Source: Octopus vulgaris (lineage: Eukaryota). From it: a DNA stretch of 64,000 nt. The stretch lies in the NCBI GenBank assembly GCA_951406725.2, contig OX597828.1, forward strand, positions 77,128,001 through 77,192,000. Reading direction: 5' to 3'. The number at the start of each line of letters is the position of its first letter. Position 1 is the stretch's first letter. Both the position numbers and the translations under genes were made by a program. Under the pieces are notes generated by a model. That model searched no databases, was not told where the DNA came from, and worked only from the letters and a program-made list of their open reading frames with translations. Shown piece by piece: positions 27,342-40,779 of the stretch.

Positions 27342-27379
27342 TCTTTAACGTTTCGAGCCTACGCTCTTCCACAGAAAGA
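27342..27379 (-). ncRNA. Variant-core minimal hammerhead-like motif in a (TA)n-flanked insert (about 27257-27445)
   Basis: Minus strand reads UCUUU-CUGUGGA-A-GAGC(GUAG)GCUC-GAAA-CG-UU-AAAGA. Stems I and II are perfect; the core is CUGUGGA rather than CUGANGA. Confidence 0.55.
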
Positions 27380-28044
27380 AACTAGGAGAGAAAATAAAGA
27401 ATGGGTAGTGGCTAGCAATCTATCATGTCGAATGATAGATAAATATGAATGATACATAAATATATATATATGTGTGTGTGTGTGTGCGCGCGCGCATGTG
27501 TGTGTGTTCGCATGTATGTGTGTATACACATATACATATATGTACCTATATACATACACACGCATATATTTATACATATATATATACACTCAAACACACG
27601 CACACATATATACAGACACATACACATACATGTATATATATACTGCTTGATGATTATACAAATATTTATAGGGAGAGAGTAGTGAAGCGTCAGCAAATGA
27701 TGTCAAGGTATAATACTCGACCCAATTTCAATTCTTATGGCAAACGAACCGGAACTCTGTCAATCTGCCAATAGAGCGATGTCTCAGAATTAATTTGACG
27801 CATCTAAAATTCCTCGCCAAAACCCTCAAAACTTTCTTCTATCACTTCGTAATTAATATATATCTACACCGCAACGGTGTGACACTTGGGCGCTTGGACA
27901 TATTTTCATCCGTATTCTGATAAGTGGCTAGGTACTTTGATGTGAAGTTGGTTTACTGGGATTTATAAATGGTTGGCTAGCTATCGACCTCATGTAGATA
28001 TCTATATTGCTACATACATAGACACAGACAGACACAGACACATT

Positions 28045-28132
<88 letters not shown>

Positions 28133-28208
28133 CAGTCAGACAGACATAGAGACAGAGACATACACACAGAGATAAATAGATAAATAGATTGATAGAAAGA
28201 TAGACATC

Positions 28209-28251
<43 letters not shown>

Positions 28252-29038
28252 GGAAAGGTTGAAAAATAGACAGAGTGAAAGAGACACACAGAGAGATACA
28301 TTGAGAGCGGTACATAAAAAGTGATCTGTTTAGAGATGGATACAGAGATAGTGAGGGGAAGAAAGAGAGGAAGAATCTTGAAATATTGGGTAATTATAAC
28401 AGGTAAAATTATAGAAATAACTATTATTTAGTAAATTCCTTTATCATTTGCAATCGTTCAGTCTCATCCAAATTCCACACTCACACGCACATTTCTATCT
28501 ATCTGAAAATTGGTTTGGCACCCAAACACCTAATGGAAGGTGCCAAAAAGATTACCATAGCAACTGAAACAAGTTCAAGGTGAGTACGGTTGACAAGTGA
28601 CCACAGATGGAAACCTTTAGCAAACGATGGCTAATTCAGTCCCTGCTGTCCGACAAACTTAGGTGTACAACATAAGAGGCGAAATGCATGTATCGCTGAG
28701 ATACCTGCTGTAGGTACAGGTGGGTTTCAAGCATTGCGTTAGCTTCAATCGCCATCAGAAGATCTTGAATATCTTTAAATGGCTTCTGTAATTCCGTACC
28801 CAGACACATACTCAAATGCGCGCGCGCGTGTGTGTGCATGTGTATGTGTGTGTGTAGTGTGATGACGCACAAGTCAGAAAAAATATGTATTTTTCGAACT
28901 GTTGGGTATAGAGTACTCTGAAGAGCACCTAGGTTAGTTAACCGCCCTGTTATCTAATATCCGGTTATCCACTACCTTGGGCGATACAGATTCGTAAGAT
29001 GATCTGCAATGGATCTATAATAGAGTATGCTTTAATCA

Positions 29039-29190
<152 letters not shown>

Positions 29191-29429
29191 GTCCATGTAT
29201 CTCACCCCACAGCAAAACGATTGAATACCATCGTCTCTGAAACTGACAAATGGTAAAGGTTATTTGAAGAAATGTTTAAAGACAAAATAATTCTGTATAA
29301 AATGTCCAGGTGGTATAAAATGATCCAGGTGGTAACATACCTGACCTAACAATAAATCAAAGTCATTTTGGAAATTGAATGTTTAATGATAGCAGCGTTT
29401 GCGCACATATAACATAATATATATATGTA

Positions 29430-29511
<82 letters not shown>

Positions 29512-29574
29512 GTGTATATATATATATACATATGTATATATTTTGTGTATACATTTATATATATATATATATTA

Positions 29575-29626
<52 letters not shown>

Positions 29627-29850
29627 CCGTTTTAGTATATACATATATAAACATAAATACATAGAAACACACACACATTCACAGATACACACACACACTC
29701 GCAGTCATATGCGATTATATAAAGGAATGTGTGTGTATGTGTGTGTGTTTGTATATGTGTGAGTGTGTGTGCGTTTGAGTATTTGTGTGTGTAAGTGTCT
29801 AAAATCAGTTTGCGTATATTTATGCAGGATTTATAGTTTACTGAGTATGA

Positions 29851-30209
29851 ATGTAGGCCCGAAATTTTGGGAGAAGGGGTCAATCGATTAGATCAACCCC
29901 AGTACGCAACTGGTACTTAAATTAATCGACCCCGAAGGGATGAAAGGCAAAGTTGACCTGGGCGGAATTTGAACTCAGAACGTAGCAGCAGACGAAATAC
30001 CTATTTCTTTACTACCCACAAGGAGCTAAACACAGAGAGGACAAACAAGGACAGACAAATGGATTAAGTCGATTATATCGACCCCAGTGCGTAGCTGATA
30101 TTTAGTTTATCGACTGCGGTGGAACTTGAACTCAGAACGTAACGGCAGACGAAATACCGCTAAGTATTTCGCCCGACGTGCTGACGTTTCTGCCAGCCCC
30201 TCGCCGCCT
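29851..30209 (-). mobile_element. Dimeric SINE family B
   Basis: A headed monomer (30001-30209) is fused to a 5'-truncated monomer (29851-30000) that has a different tail. Confidence 0.85.
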
Positions 30210-31505
30210 TTGTATGGATGTATATCGCCATCTTCAGGCGAGAACTTCTACATCTCGGCTCGGCGATGTTTGTGTGTTTCCTTTTTCGCGTCCTTTCCAT
30301 TGGTTATTGCTTGTGGTCCTGCATTGACTTTCGCTGCATTTGTTGATGAGGAGAGCTTGCTTTATCGCTTCATTGTTTTATTTTTCTTTTGTTTTATGTT
30401 TACTGAATTTGTCTCGTATTTATATACAAGTCATTAAAATATAACAAGTCAGTAAAATATAACAATCAAAATGGTAATAAAATAACAAAGACAGTTTAAA
30501 AATAGAACAAACAATAACTAATGAAGAGGTAGAAAATTCCAGAGAGATAAAATGTGACAGTGTGAGAGTGGGAGCAAAATTAAATAATACGAGAGGTAAA
30601 TAAAGACTAAGACAAGAGACAAGAGATGAAAAAAGACAGGAAAAGAGAGGAAATGAATGAAATGTTTGCGGTATGATTGAATAAACGAATGGATAAACGA
30701 ATACCCTAAGTCATTAATTAATTAATTAATTAATTAATTTGATAGAACTATAATAAATGAGAGTCAATTAAAGACCAGTTTATCGCATTCCGATGGTCTA
30801 TGCCAACAAGAATCAGATTAAAATGAAACGATATTAATTCGGACAATGACGCTAGCTCTGTCCGAAACATTAGTCTCTATTTCACGTCGCAGCAGTAATA
30901 ACAATGACTATATCTATACACTCAAGAGCTAACAAGAATTACATTCTACTCAGACCTGTCACTAACTACGGCTATCAGAATGTCGATACCATTGCGGGAG
31001 GGATCCTTGACATGGTCTTTCCATGTGACGGAAATAGCAGCTAAATTGTTCTCAAATCACAGCCTTTAAAATTGATGGATACATTGGAAAAAATAAGGTC
31101 ATTGTCACAATATCTTCTTATCATAAGTCTGTCGTGCGTGGGCTGACCTAAAGCTAAACAACAAGACTATCAATATTTACGCTGAAGTAACTACGTTCTG
31201 CCCTCAAACGAAAGATTCCATTAGACAACATAGCCTTGGTAAAACAAAATAAAAAGTTTAAATAAATACAAAATGGCTTCTAAGTGAGAATATTTCTGCC
31301 TAAGTTGACATGGCTGTTTGCTATCAGAGCGACGTCAATACTTTATTGGTCGGTCACAAAGTCGGCGTTCCACCAAGTTTGAAATTCAGCGACATCCCTT
31401 TGGACGTCCACATCTTGTTGGCTTGATAAAATAGCGCCTTATCAATGGCGCCTCTTGTTAATTACCAAAAACAGCAGTATTATTTCTCTTTTGTACGTTG
31501 TACGT

Positions 31506-31546
<41 letters not shown>

Positions 31547-31548
<2 letters not shown>

Positions 31549-31790
31549 ATAGAAATGGTAAGACAACAAAAGAATGAAAGATACCTCGATATTATGTAAA
31601 TAGAGGAATTTATCTGTAAATGTAATATTTGACAATTATTCGGTAGCCATGATAAAACTCCGTGTTTCGGATGTCGGGGTGGAAATCCACGCCGCCATCT
31701 CTTCAGTTATCCGGCCGTCGGAAAAAAATATTTGAAGAGATGGCGGCGTGGATTTCCACCCCGACATCCGAAACTCGGAGTTTATTATGT
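31547..31790. mobile_element. PLE-like non-autonomous element with a 51-bp inverted repeat (31655-31705 / 31733-31783, 1 mismatch)
   Basis: Direct comparison of the arms. Flanked by (TA)n. Same family as 13913-14140. Confidence 0.88.
31652..31710 (-). ncRNA. Type I hammerhead ribozyme motif (a second, damaged copy lies on + at 31732-31785)
   Basis: Minus strand reads AUAA-CUGAAGA-GAUG GCGG CGUGGAUUUCCAC CCCG A CAUC-C-GAAA-CACGGAG-UU-UUAU. Confidence 0.75.
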
Positions 31791-31859
31791 ATATATAATA
31801 TACAGATATTATATATATATATATATACATATATCACACACACACACACACACACACAC

Positions 31860-31911
<52 letters not shown>

Positions 31912-32254
31912 ATAGTAATGGACAGGCGATAAGGGATAACTCACTACCGATTTCGACGATGTTCGAACAACTTTGCTGCTGGTCGAATTAACCTGTAAGT
32001 GGCTGAGCATACCATAGACAGTTCTAACATAAATTTCAGCTGTTAAAGATAGTTAAGGTTCTAGGTAGCTTTTGTCTCTTCAATTTCATCAACAATATGT
32101 GGGCCGAAACGATAATCCGGAAAGGAATATTTGTCCAAGAAGCCACACAAAGTGATTGAACGTGGATCCTCTAGGTTGCAAAGTGAACCTCTTAACCGTT
32201 CGGACATATGTCATTGAAATACTTTTGTGCTTACACACACACACACACACATAA

Positions 32255-32293
<39 letters not shown>

Positions 32294-32715
32294 AACACAT
32301 ATACACACACACACACGCACACGCAAAAGAAAAATGATAACTTAACTTCCACAAGCTCATAATTAACCCCTATATCTTTCTTAGCATTTCTAAATCTAAA
32401 TATTTTATTTGAAATTTTATCCTTAGCTGAAATATTTTAAGTAGAAAATTTCTTGTTCGCTACTTTACCAGATATAATAACTTTTGCCGAACCGCTAATA
32501 ACTTGTCCTGTACTTTTCTAGTTTTATAATCTTAAGAATATTGTTTCCGTTGCTCGCTCTTTTCCATGTAAGATAATAAGGAACATCATTTCTGCATGTG
32601 ATCGGCTTGAAAATATTATATGAAACCAATGATAACTTTAATACACAAATAAAGAAACTTTATCGACCAATACGGTGTTGAGCACTCAATCTCATTGTTC
32701 GACATTTACGTGTAC

Positions 32716-32753
<38 letters not shown>

Positions 32754-33014
32754 CTTAGGTTAAACTTATCTTCTTTCAGAACATAGTGATTCTATTTGAA
32801 ATACATGTCAGGAAGACTTAGTATATTGCAATGTAAATGTTTAGCAATGGGGAAGTAAAAAAAAAAAAAAAATATTTGTAGAGAGACTGGGAGGAAAATT
32901 GCAAAACAACATTTTAAATATGAAAAAGATAAGTGCAATAGGGATTTATTGCCATGAAAATCTTTCTGAATATTATATATGCCGATATATACCGAACATC
33001 TTATAAACGATAAG

Positions 33015-33080
<66 letters not shown>

Positions 33081-33618
33081 CACAGAGGTATATGAATATA
33101 TGTGTGTTTTTGTGTGCATGTGTGTGTGTGTGTCTGTATTCGCGTATGTATGAAACTTTGACAGAAAGCGATGTTAAAACTGATAGACTAGCATTGGAAG
33201 AAGTGAAAAAGAGCCATTTAAAAAAAATAGCTGAACGGGAAAACTGAAGTAGTAAAATATATTTAAGTTTAGTTTATTTATAAAGAAAATTACTAAGGGA
33301 ATAATATTATTGCACAGACAATTAAGAAGCCAAAAGTTATGTGAATTCTGCAAAATATGAGCTCGAAGCCATGCGCCTGCGCACTCGTACATACTTATAC
33401 ACGTCTATAGACATTGAATTCCCAAACTGGCGCAGAAACAGAGTTCAGATGTTAGCGGCACCAATTTTCTTCTGTGACATAAATCTAAGTTCGGCGAGAT
33501 CTGTTGTCGCTAGGTTGCTATTTCAACACGGAAATCACGCTTCTTCGATTGTGCACACGTGGTGCAAAATAAATGAAAACTTGCACTGAAAATAAACAAT
33601 TCTAACATATATAGATAT

Positions 33619-33935
33619 ATGTGGTTAGAAATTTGCTTCTTAACCACATCGGTCCAGGTTTAATCACACTGCTTTCAGCTTCAGCGAGTGTCTTTTACTA
33701 AAGCCTCGAGCCGACCAAAGTCTTGTGCGTGCCTGAGTCTCTATGTGTGTGTGTATGTGCGTGCGTCTGCGTATGCATGTTTGCCCTCAACGAGCGCTTG
33801 ACAACCGCTGTTTGTGTCTTTACTTTCACGTCACTTAGCGGTTCGGGAAGGCACCCGTTAGAATACAAAACCAAGCTAAAATTCTTCAAAGAGGCGGTCC
33901 GGTGTGGTCATTGTCTAATGAGTGCAAGGTGTAAT
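33619..33935 (+). mobile_element. SINE family A, old and diverged
   Basis: GTGGTTAGAAATTTGCTT...GCCTCGAGCCGACCAAAG...CGCTTGACAACCGCTG. Confidence 0.75.
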
Positions 33936-34048
33936 AGATATATCTATGTCTATCTATATATCCTGAGCGTTATACTAATACATGTGTTTGTTTTGTACAC
34001 CACCTGTTTTCATATTTTGTTTTTTTCCGCAAACTCTCCCTATATATA

Positions 34049-34109
<61 letters not shown>

Positions 34110-34114
34110 ATATA

Positions 34115-34163
<49 letters not shown>

Positions 34164-34164
34164 G

Positions 34165-34202
<38 letters not shown>

Positions 34203-34404
34203 TATTCTACATTAAATATAAATTTGTGTTCACTTCTGGACTCTCTCAATCTGTGAGAACCTCAGTACAAATCGCACGTGTCTTGAATATGCTGGAGCAT
34301 TTCTATTTTGGATGTATTTGGGGTACTTAGTTGTGCTCATGACTTAGTGTTTTCCTTCTTCCATGGGTATGAGTAAGTATCTCATTTATTTCTTTTGCCA
34401 CATT

Positions 34405-34462
34405 TATCACTGACGAAGGGAGGGTTCTTACGAACTAACCTTGAAATCGGTCCGATATGGTA
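34405..34462 (+). ncRNA. Type I hammerhead ribozyme motif in a (TA)n-flanked insert (about 34197-34750)
   Basis: UAUCA-CUGACGA-AGGG..GUUC(UUAC)GAAC..CCUU-GAAA-UCGGUCCGA-UA-UGGUA. Intact core, 5-bp stem I, near-palindromic stem III, triplet AUA. Confidence 0.82.
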
Positions 34463-34748
34463 TTAATGGAATTTTTTAGAAATTTCTGTCGGCTTTTTTT
34501 TTGAGTAGCGTGCGTATCGCGAAAAATTATATGGTAATGGACAATATGTCCAATTTTCGGCATATTTGGCATTAAATTTTTTTTTCCTTTGCCCTTATTT
34601 ATAAGTTGTTTATCAGTTGCTTTTTTTCCTATCTGTAATCACCCCACTTGTCGTATGGTTAACACCATACATATATCCGGTGCATCCTAGTTAAGGACCA
34701 TATTCATGTGAATTCTTTAGAATTCACTAGAATCTCAGTTACTTAACC

Positions 34749-34788
<40 letters not shown>

Positions 34789-34792
34789 ATAT

Positions 34793-34831
<39 letters not shown>

Positions 34832-34946
34832 GCTACATATATATGCATGTACACAAACACATGCAAACACACATATTGATATATATATACATACATACTT
34901 ATATACATACCTACATACATACATACATGCATGCATAAAGACACTC

Positions 34947-35275
34947 TTCGATCCTGACTGACCATGGGATTTCACCTAGAACGTTTCCCTCTGATGCATA
35001 AGTCGGACAAGGTTGTCTATGGAAGACCAGCAGTCGCCCATGAATACCAGCCTCCCCCACTCCAAGCCACCGATGCTCTCCAAGGGAAAGGCAAAGGGGC
35101 CGATGCAGTTTGGCACCAGTGATGTCGCAACTCATTTCTACAGCTGAGTGAACCGAAGCAATGTGAAATAAAGTGTCTTGCTCAAGAACACAACACACAG
35201 CCCGCTCCGAGAAACGAACTCACTATGTCATAATTGTGAGCCCGAAGCTCTAACTACTGAGCCATGCGCCTTCAC
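34947..35275 (-). mobile_element. tRNA-derived SINE with a family C head and an RTE-like body/tail
   Basis: Head GTGAAGGCGCATGGCTCAGTAGTTAGAG, shared TTGAGCAAGACACTTTATTTCAC, and a body different from the 845-1170 copy. RTE origin of the body is from recall. Confidence 0.8.
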
Positions 35276-35340
35276 GCACACAGTCACAAACACACACATA
35301 AACACAAACATGTGCTTATATATGCATATACATAAATAGG

Positions 35341-35499
35341 CACAAGAGTAGCTGTGTAGTAAGAAACTTGCTTCCTAACCACATGGTTCCGGGTTCATTC
35401 CCATTGAGTGACATCTAGTGCAAGTGTCTTCTACTATAGCTTCAGGCCGACCACATCCTTGAGTGGATTTGGTAGACGGAAACTGAAAGAAGCCCTTTG

Positions 35500-35532
<33 letters not shown>

Positions 35533-35725
35533 TTGCCCCCCCACCTTCGCTTGACAACGGACGCTGGTGTGTTTACATCCCTGTAACTTAGCGGTTTGGC
35601 AAAAGACACCGATAAAATAAGTACTAGGCTTAGAAAGAATAAGTTCTGGGGTCGATTTGCCCGACTGAACGGCGCTGCTCCAACATGGCAGCAGTCAAAT
35701 AACTGAAACGAATAAAAGAGTAAGA
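35341..35725 (+). mobile_element. SINE family A
   Basis: Matches family A from head to tail. Confidence 0.9.
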
Positions 35726-36608
35726 GAGTTAAAGAGCATTCATAAATTAACAGTTTAGATTTTAATTATAATGAAATATGAAACCATTATTCTATGCTAA
35801 TTTAGTTAATTGTAAGATAGAAATTTAAATTTCAAGTGCCTACGTGATAACTATAAACCTACTTTTGGGCCGACCTGTATATAGAGGGGCACCAAAAGTT
35901 TTGTAGTGCTTAGGGCCTCTGAGTCTTAATCCTTCCTTGGAGTAAACCATGGATGCATAACCTGATGCAGGTTAGTATGCTCTGCAAAATCCGTGTTTTC
36001 TTTGGCACACACTTATCATCATAAATTCGAGATGCTTTAGAATTTCCTTTCTTCATATAACGACGGATAGCATGGTAGCTATGGTATAAAACTGTTAAAG
36101 GAGCGCGTAAGAATCTGTAAGTTGTGGTGGGCATTAATCATGAGGTCGAACTGTAAGGAATGGTACGACATGCCTATATTGGCAGGTATCGATTCGTTTC
36201 GAATTACAAAATCGACTACAATGGATGGCAGCCAGGCAGCATAATTTATCGAGCGACAGCGGAAGGTAAAGAAGGGACCGTCAGCGACCTCTGTGGGATT
36301 GATTAGAATTTAGAACGTAATAGGAGGTAATGGGACGGAACTAAATAGTGCAAGCTATTCAAATCTGTCAGCTACAGTTCGTGACACTTCATCAACTTAT
36401 GTGTCCTTCAACGTATATATATGTGTATGTATGCGTGTTCGCATGTTTGTGTGTATATATGCATATGTAAAATATGTGTAGAGCTATATGTATCTATATG
36501 TGTGTATATGTGTGTGTATATATATTTCAGATGCACACACTCACTACATGTATATGTATACATACATATATGTATCTATGTATACATGTATACACATACA
36601 TACATTTA

Positions 36609-36673
<65 letters not shown>

Positions 36674-36826
36674 AAAAGAGTGTGTGTATATACATACATG
36701 ATATCATATATATATTATATGTACCTATATACATGTGTGCATACGGATGCAAGCATATACATATAAAAATATGTATATGTTGCATATAAGTTGATTTAAA
36801 TATACATATATACATACATATGAGCG

Positions 36827-36870
<44 letters not shown>

Positions 36871-37341
36871 GTGTGTGTGTGTGTGTATGTGTGTGTGTGC
36901 GCGTGTAGGTATATTTATAAGTACACACATACATTCACAAACATGCACATATCAACGCGCACCACCTCTGAAGTGCACGTAGCCAGGTGCATTTACGCAG
37001 ATAGTGTAGTCATTTTCGGTCGGTCGTTTATTCTCGGCTCCTAATTTTTAATCAACATTAAACCATCTGGAAAGCAAACTGCAAGACATTTCTGCATTGC
37101 AAAGATCGCAGAGAAACAGACCAGAATGGAGAGGCTGGCAGCGAAAGAATGGCGGAAGGCAATGATGATGTGATTAAGCTGTTTTATTAAAAGATACTTG
37201 ATTGCTGCTAGAAAAGGAAGGTTCGTTAATAGAATAGAGACAGGCTCCGTATACATGGAAGTGTGAGTATGTGTGTGACTGTCTGTGTGCGTGTGTTTAA
37301 ATAAGTGTGTATCTATGCATATACGTAAATAATAATTAACA

Positions 37342-37389
<48 letters not shown>

Positions 37390-37487
37390 CATACATATAA
37401 CTTAGCAGAAATACATACACTGTATGTATATATATGTGTGCGTGTGCTTGTATGTGCACGTATATACATACAAACACAACACCCATG

Positions 37488-37526
<39 letters not shown>

Positions 37527-38664
37527 TGAGAGAGAGAGAGAGAGGACATATACACACGTAGATAAACTCACTCAACACATGTAAGTGTATATGGGTGTGG
37601 GTGTATATGGTATGGATGGATTATTATATATATATATATATACGCGTGACTGTGTGGTTGCGTGCGTATATATATATAAATATATCCATGCGTAGATGCA
37701 AATGGTTAGGCATGTGAATATGCATATATGCATATGCGCGTGTATGTATATGCATGTCAGTCTGTGACAGTGTGTTCGCTTGTGTATGTATACGTATGTG
37801 TGTGTATGTGTGTGTGTGTGTGTGTGTGCGTGTGTGTACAAATAAGGGAACGCCACAAGAATATTAAACGCTGTGAAGTATGATGAATGAGAGGGAGAGG
37901 CGGAGGGAGCGCGATTACGAAATAGACAGAAGCGGGGGGGGGCGGTTGTGTCACAAGACCAGGGTTGCATATAACAAAGAACAGCCTGTAGACATACACA
38001 GTGCCTCGCACATACTATCTGTGTGTGTACGCACGTTTTCGTGTACGTTTTCGTGTGTGCGTGACGTGTGTGTGCGTACTGGTTTCACATCATTGCGTCC
38101 ATAAATTATGCTAATAAAGTACTCAATACTGCATGATAGGGTAAAGTAGTAATGGTTTCAAATTTTGTTACAAGGCCAGCAAATTTGCGTGACGGGAATA
38201 AGACGTTTCTATTGAACCCCAGTACGCGACTGGTACTTTTCCTGTCGACACCGAAAGAATGAAAGTCAAAATCGATCTCGGCTGAATAGAGTCAACTAAC
38301 ATTCTTTATTGAACGCAAATGCCAATGAAAGCCTGTCGTTAGGGGCCTAGACTTCACCAACGAAAGAATCAGCGAAGGACAAGCGAACACCAACTCAGCT
38401 ATTTATAAATAACCGCATATGTGTGTGTGTACGTATATACACATACGTACATATACATATATACACATACATACATTCATACTTATACACATATATATAT
38501 ATACACACACAAACACACAAACACACACGCATATATATATATAGGCTTTAGACTGCTGCCATGCTTGGGCACTGCCTTGAAAAATGAAGTAGAGCTACAG
38601 AGGGACAAGAATCCAGAACACTCAGCTTAAAATCTGATGCTCAACCGACTGAAAAGAGTAAAAG

Positions 38665-39184
38665 GCAGTGGCTCTCATGGCTTCTGATCTTAACTGATTG
38701 GAAGTGTTATCATGTACATTGTTTTGTCTTGGTACAAAAGATGGGCTACAGCAAATATTCCGCTCAATACCACAGATTTGCTTGTCAGTTGTTTGGCCTT
38801 AACCACTTGAGGATGTCCCTGAGTGACTGACCATATGTGCACTTCGGACCGCGAGCAGAAGTAGTGGAGGAGCATCATAACCATATGTTGAAAGGGATTG
38901 TTTGAGGTTTGAATAATTCACATCTAGAAACATGCGTGTCTCGTTCATAAACCTTAAACAAACCTTATTTAGGGACCTTTCGAGTGCGGTGGACTACTCG
39001 GCCTGAAGAAGATTCTAACTGGTCCCTACCTGCAAGTCCATGCGCTGTTTATGTTGATGTGAAATCACCATGTGGCGCACATATTGTTGTGATGCATGTA
39101 TCTAGTATACCCTTATCAGACGAGTAGTCATGATGGTATATTGAGCTTCGTATACTTGTACCTTAGTGAACAAATCTCTCATTC

Positions 39185-39245
<61 letters not shown>
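38665..39245 (+). mobile_element. Non-coding interspersed repeat of about 510 bp ending in (AAT)n (retroposon 3' end, family E)
   Basis: Highly similar to 42462-43070, with an (AAT)n tail. Confidence 0.8.
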
Positions 39246-39246
<1 letters not shown>

Positions 39247-39477
39247 AGATGATAATGAAGATGATAATGATCCGTTTATTTATAAGCACAACACGTGAAA
39301 TCTTGTGTTGAGACTGTTCGATTACATCGACCCCAGGGCTCAACTGATACTTATGTAATCGGCCCCGAAATAATGCAATGCAAAATTGACCTCGGCAGAA
39401 TTTGAACTCATAATATAAACACGGACGAAATGCCACTATGCTAACTTTTCTGCCTATAATAAAAATAATAATTTCAA

Positions 39478-39630
39478 GAAGAAGAAGGAGGAGGGGAGGA
39501 GGAGGAGGAGGAGGAGGAGGAGGAGGAGGAGGGGAGAAGAAGAAGAAGAAGAATGAAGAAGAAGAAGAAGAAGAAGAAGAAGAAGAAGAAGAAGAAGAAG
39601 AAGAAGAAGAAGAAGAAGAAGAAGAAGAGA
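39478..39630. repeat. (GGA)n/(GAA)n polypurine repeat
   Basis: Seen directly. Confidence 0.95.
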
Positions 39631-40330
39631 ATTTAGATACTAATTTATTATGGTCAAAAGGAGATAAGAAAATGGATATATATATATATATATATATATA
39701 CCCGGGACCTACATATATATATATATATATACATATATATACATACATATATATATATAGAAATATGCATATATTCTTCACATCATAAATATCTAGAAAC
39801 TTCAAAACATTAAATAAATAGTTTTTGACGTGGAACTGTGGACCTCGAAGTAGATAAATCTATAAATCATGAGCTACTTCTTAAAACGTTATTTTATATG
39901 CTATTATTTATAGCTTTATCTCCTTCAAGTTGCACCGTTGAAAACGATTTATCTCTTATATATATGTTTAGCGCGTATCGTGGATATCATATGGTGTTAT
40001 GTAGATTAGCCTCGGTTGCTATTATTAATAACATAAGAGTCATCAGTCGTTTCAAGCGATAATATATTAATGATAACAAATTCTATTATTATTACTTTCG
40101 TTATCATCATTATCAACAAATCGTTCATAGTAATTATCTAATAATAAGGGGAATATATTAATCATAACATTAATAATACCAATATTTCAATAATATTATT
40201 TGAGCAGGATTAACACGTTTATATTACTTTTGTTTTTTAGTATCTCCAGTCATGCTTTAATGGTATTTTTAGTGATATAATTGGTGAAATTTAGTTTTTA
40301 TTGTTATTATCATTAGTTTTATTACTCCTC

Positions 40331-40368
<38 letters not shown>

Positions 40369-40779
40369 GCTATAGCTGTTGGTATCCTGAGCAGCAGCAC
40401 CAGTAATGACAACGATGACGACGTCAGCAATGGCCACAACAGTTCTGAAAATCACGCCTGTGGATTAATATAGCTTTTGAGGGCAACACGGCCTCCATCT
40501 TGACACCACTTAGGCAGGTCGGATCTTATGGTATTTCCTCAGGAAGAGAAAGATATATAATAAGTATGTTGTTATTATATTTTGAGGAGGGTTATTTATT
40601 TATTTGTATGTGTACCAGTTAAACACACGCGCTGAATATTCGTTCTTCACTTGAGATTTCTTATTGTTTTTATTTTAGTGTTTTTTGTCTGGAAACTTTT
40701 CGTTACACATCCTGTCACCTCTTCAACGACTCTCCGTCCCATGTGTCTCCTGTTCGGTTTAGTTCATTCTAGGGAATCT

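Noticed and set aside
30210-30240. Minus-strand CTGAAGA-TGG..CCA
   Set aside because: No GAAA follows because the sequence runs into a SINE. At most a truncated remnant.
34990-35110. Possible HDV-like ribozyme in the SINE body
   Set aside because: I could not assemble the P1/P1.1/P3 nested pseudoknot by eye.
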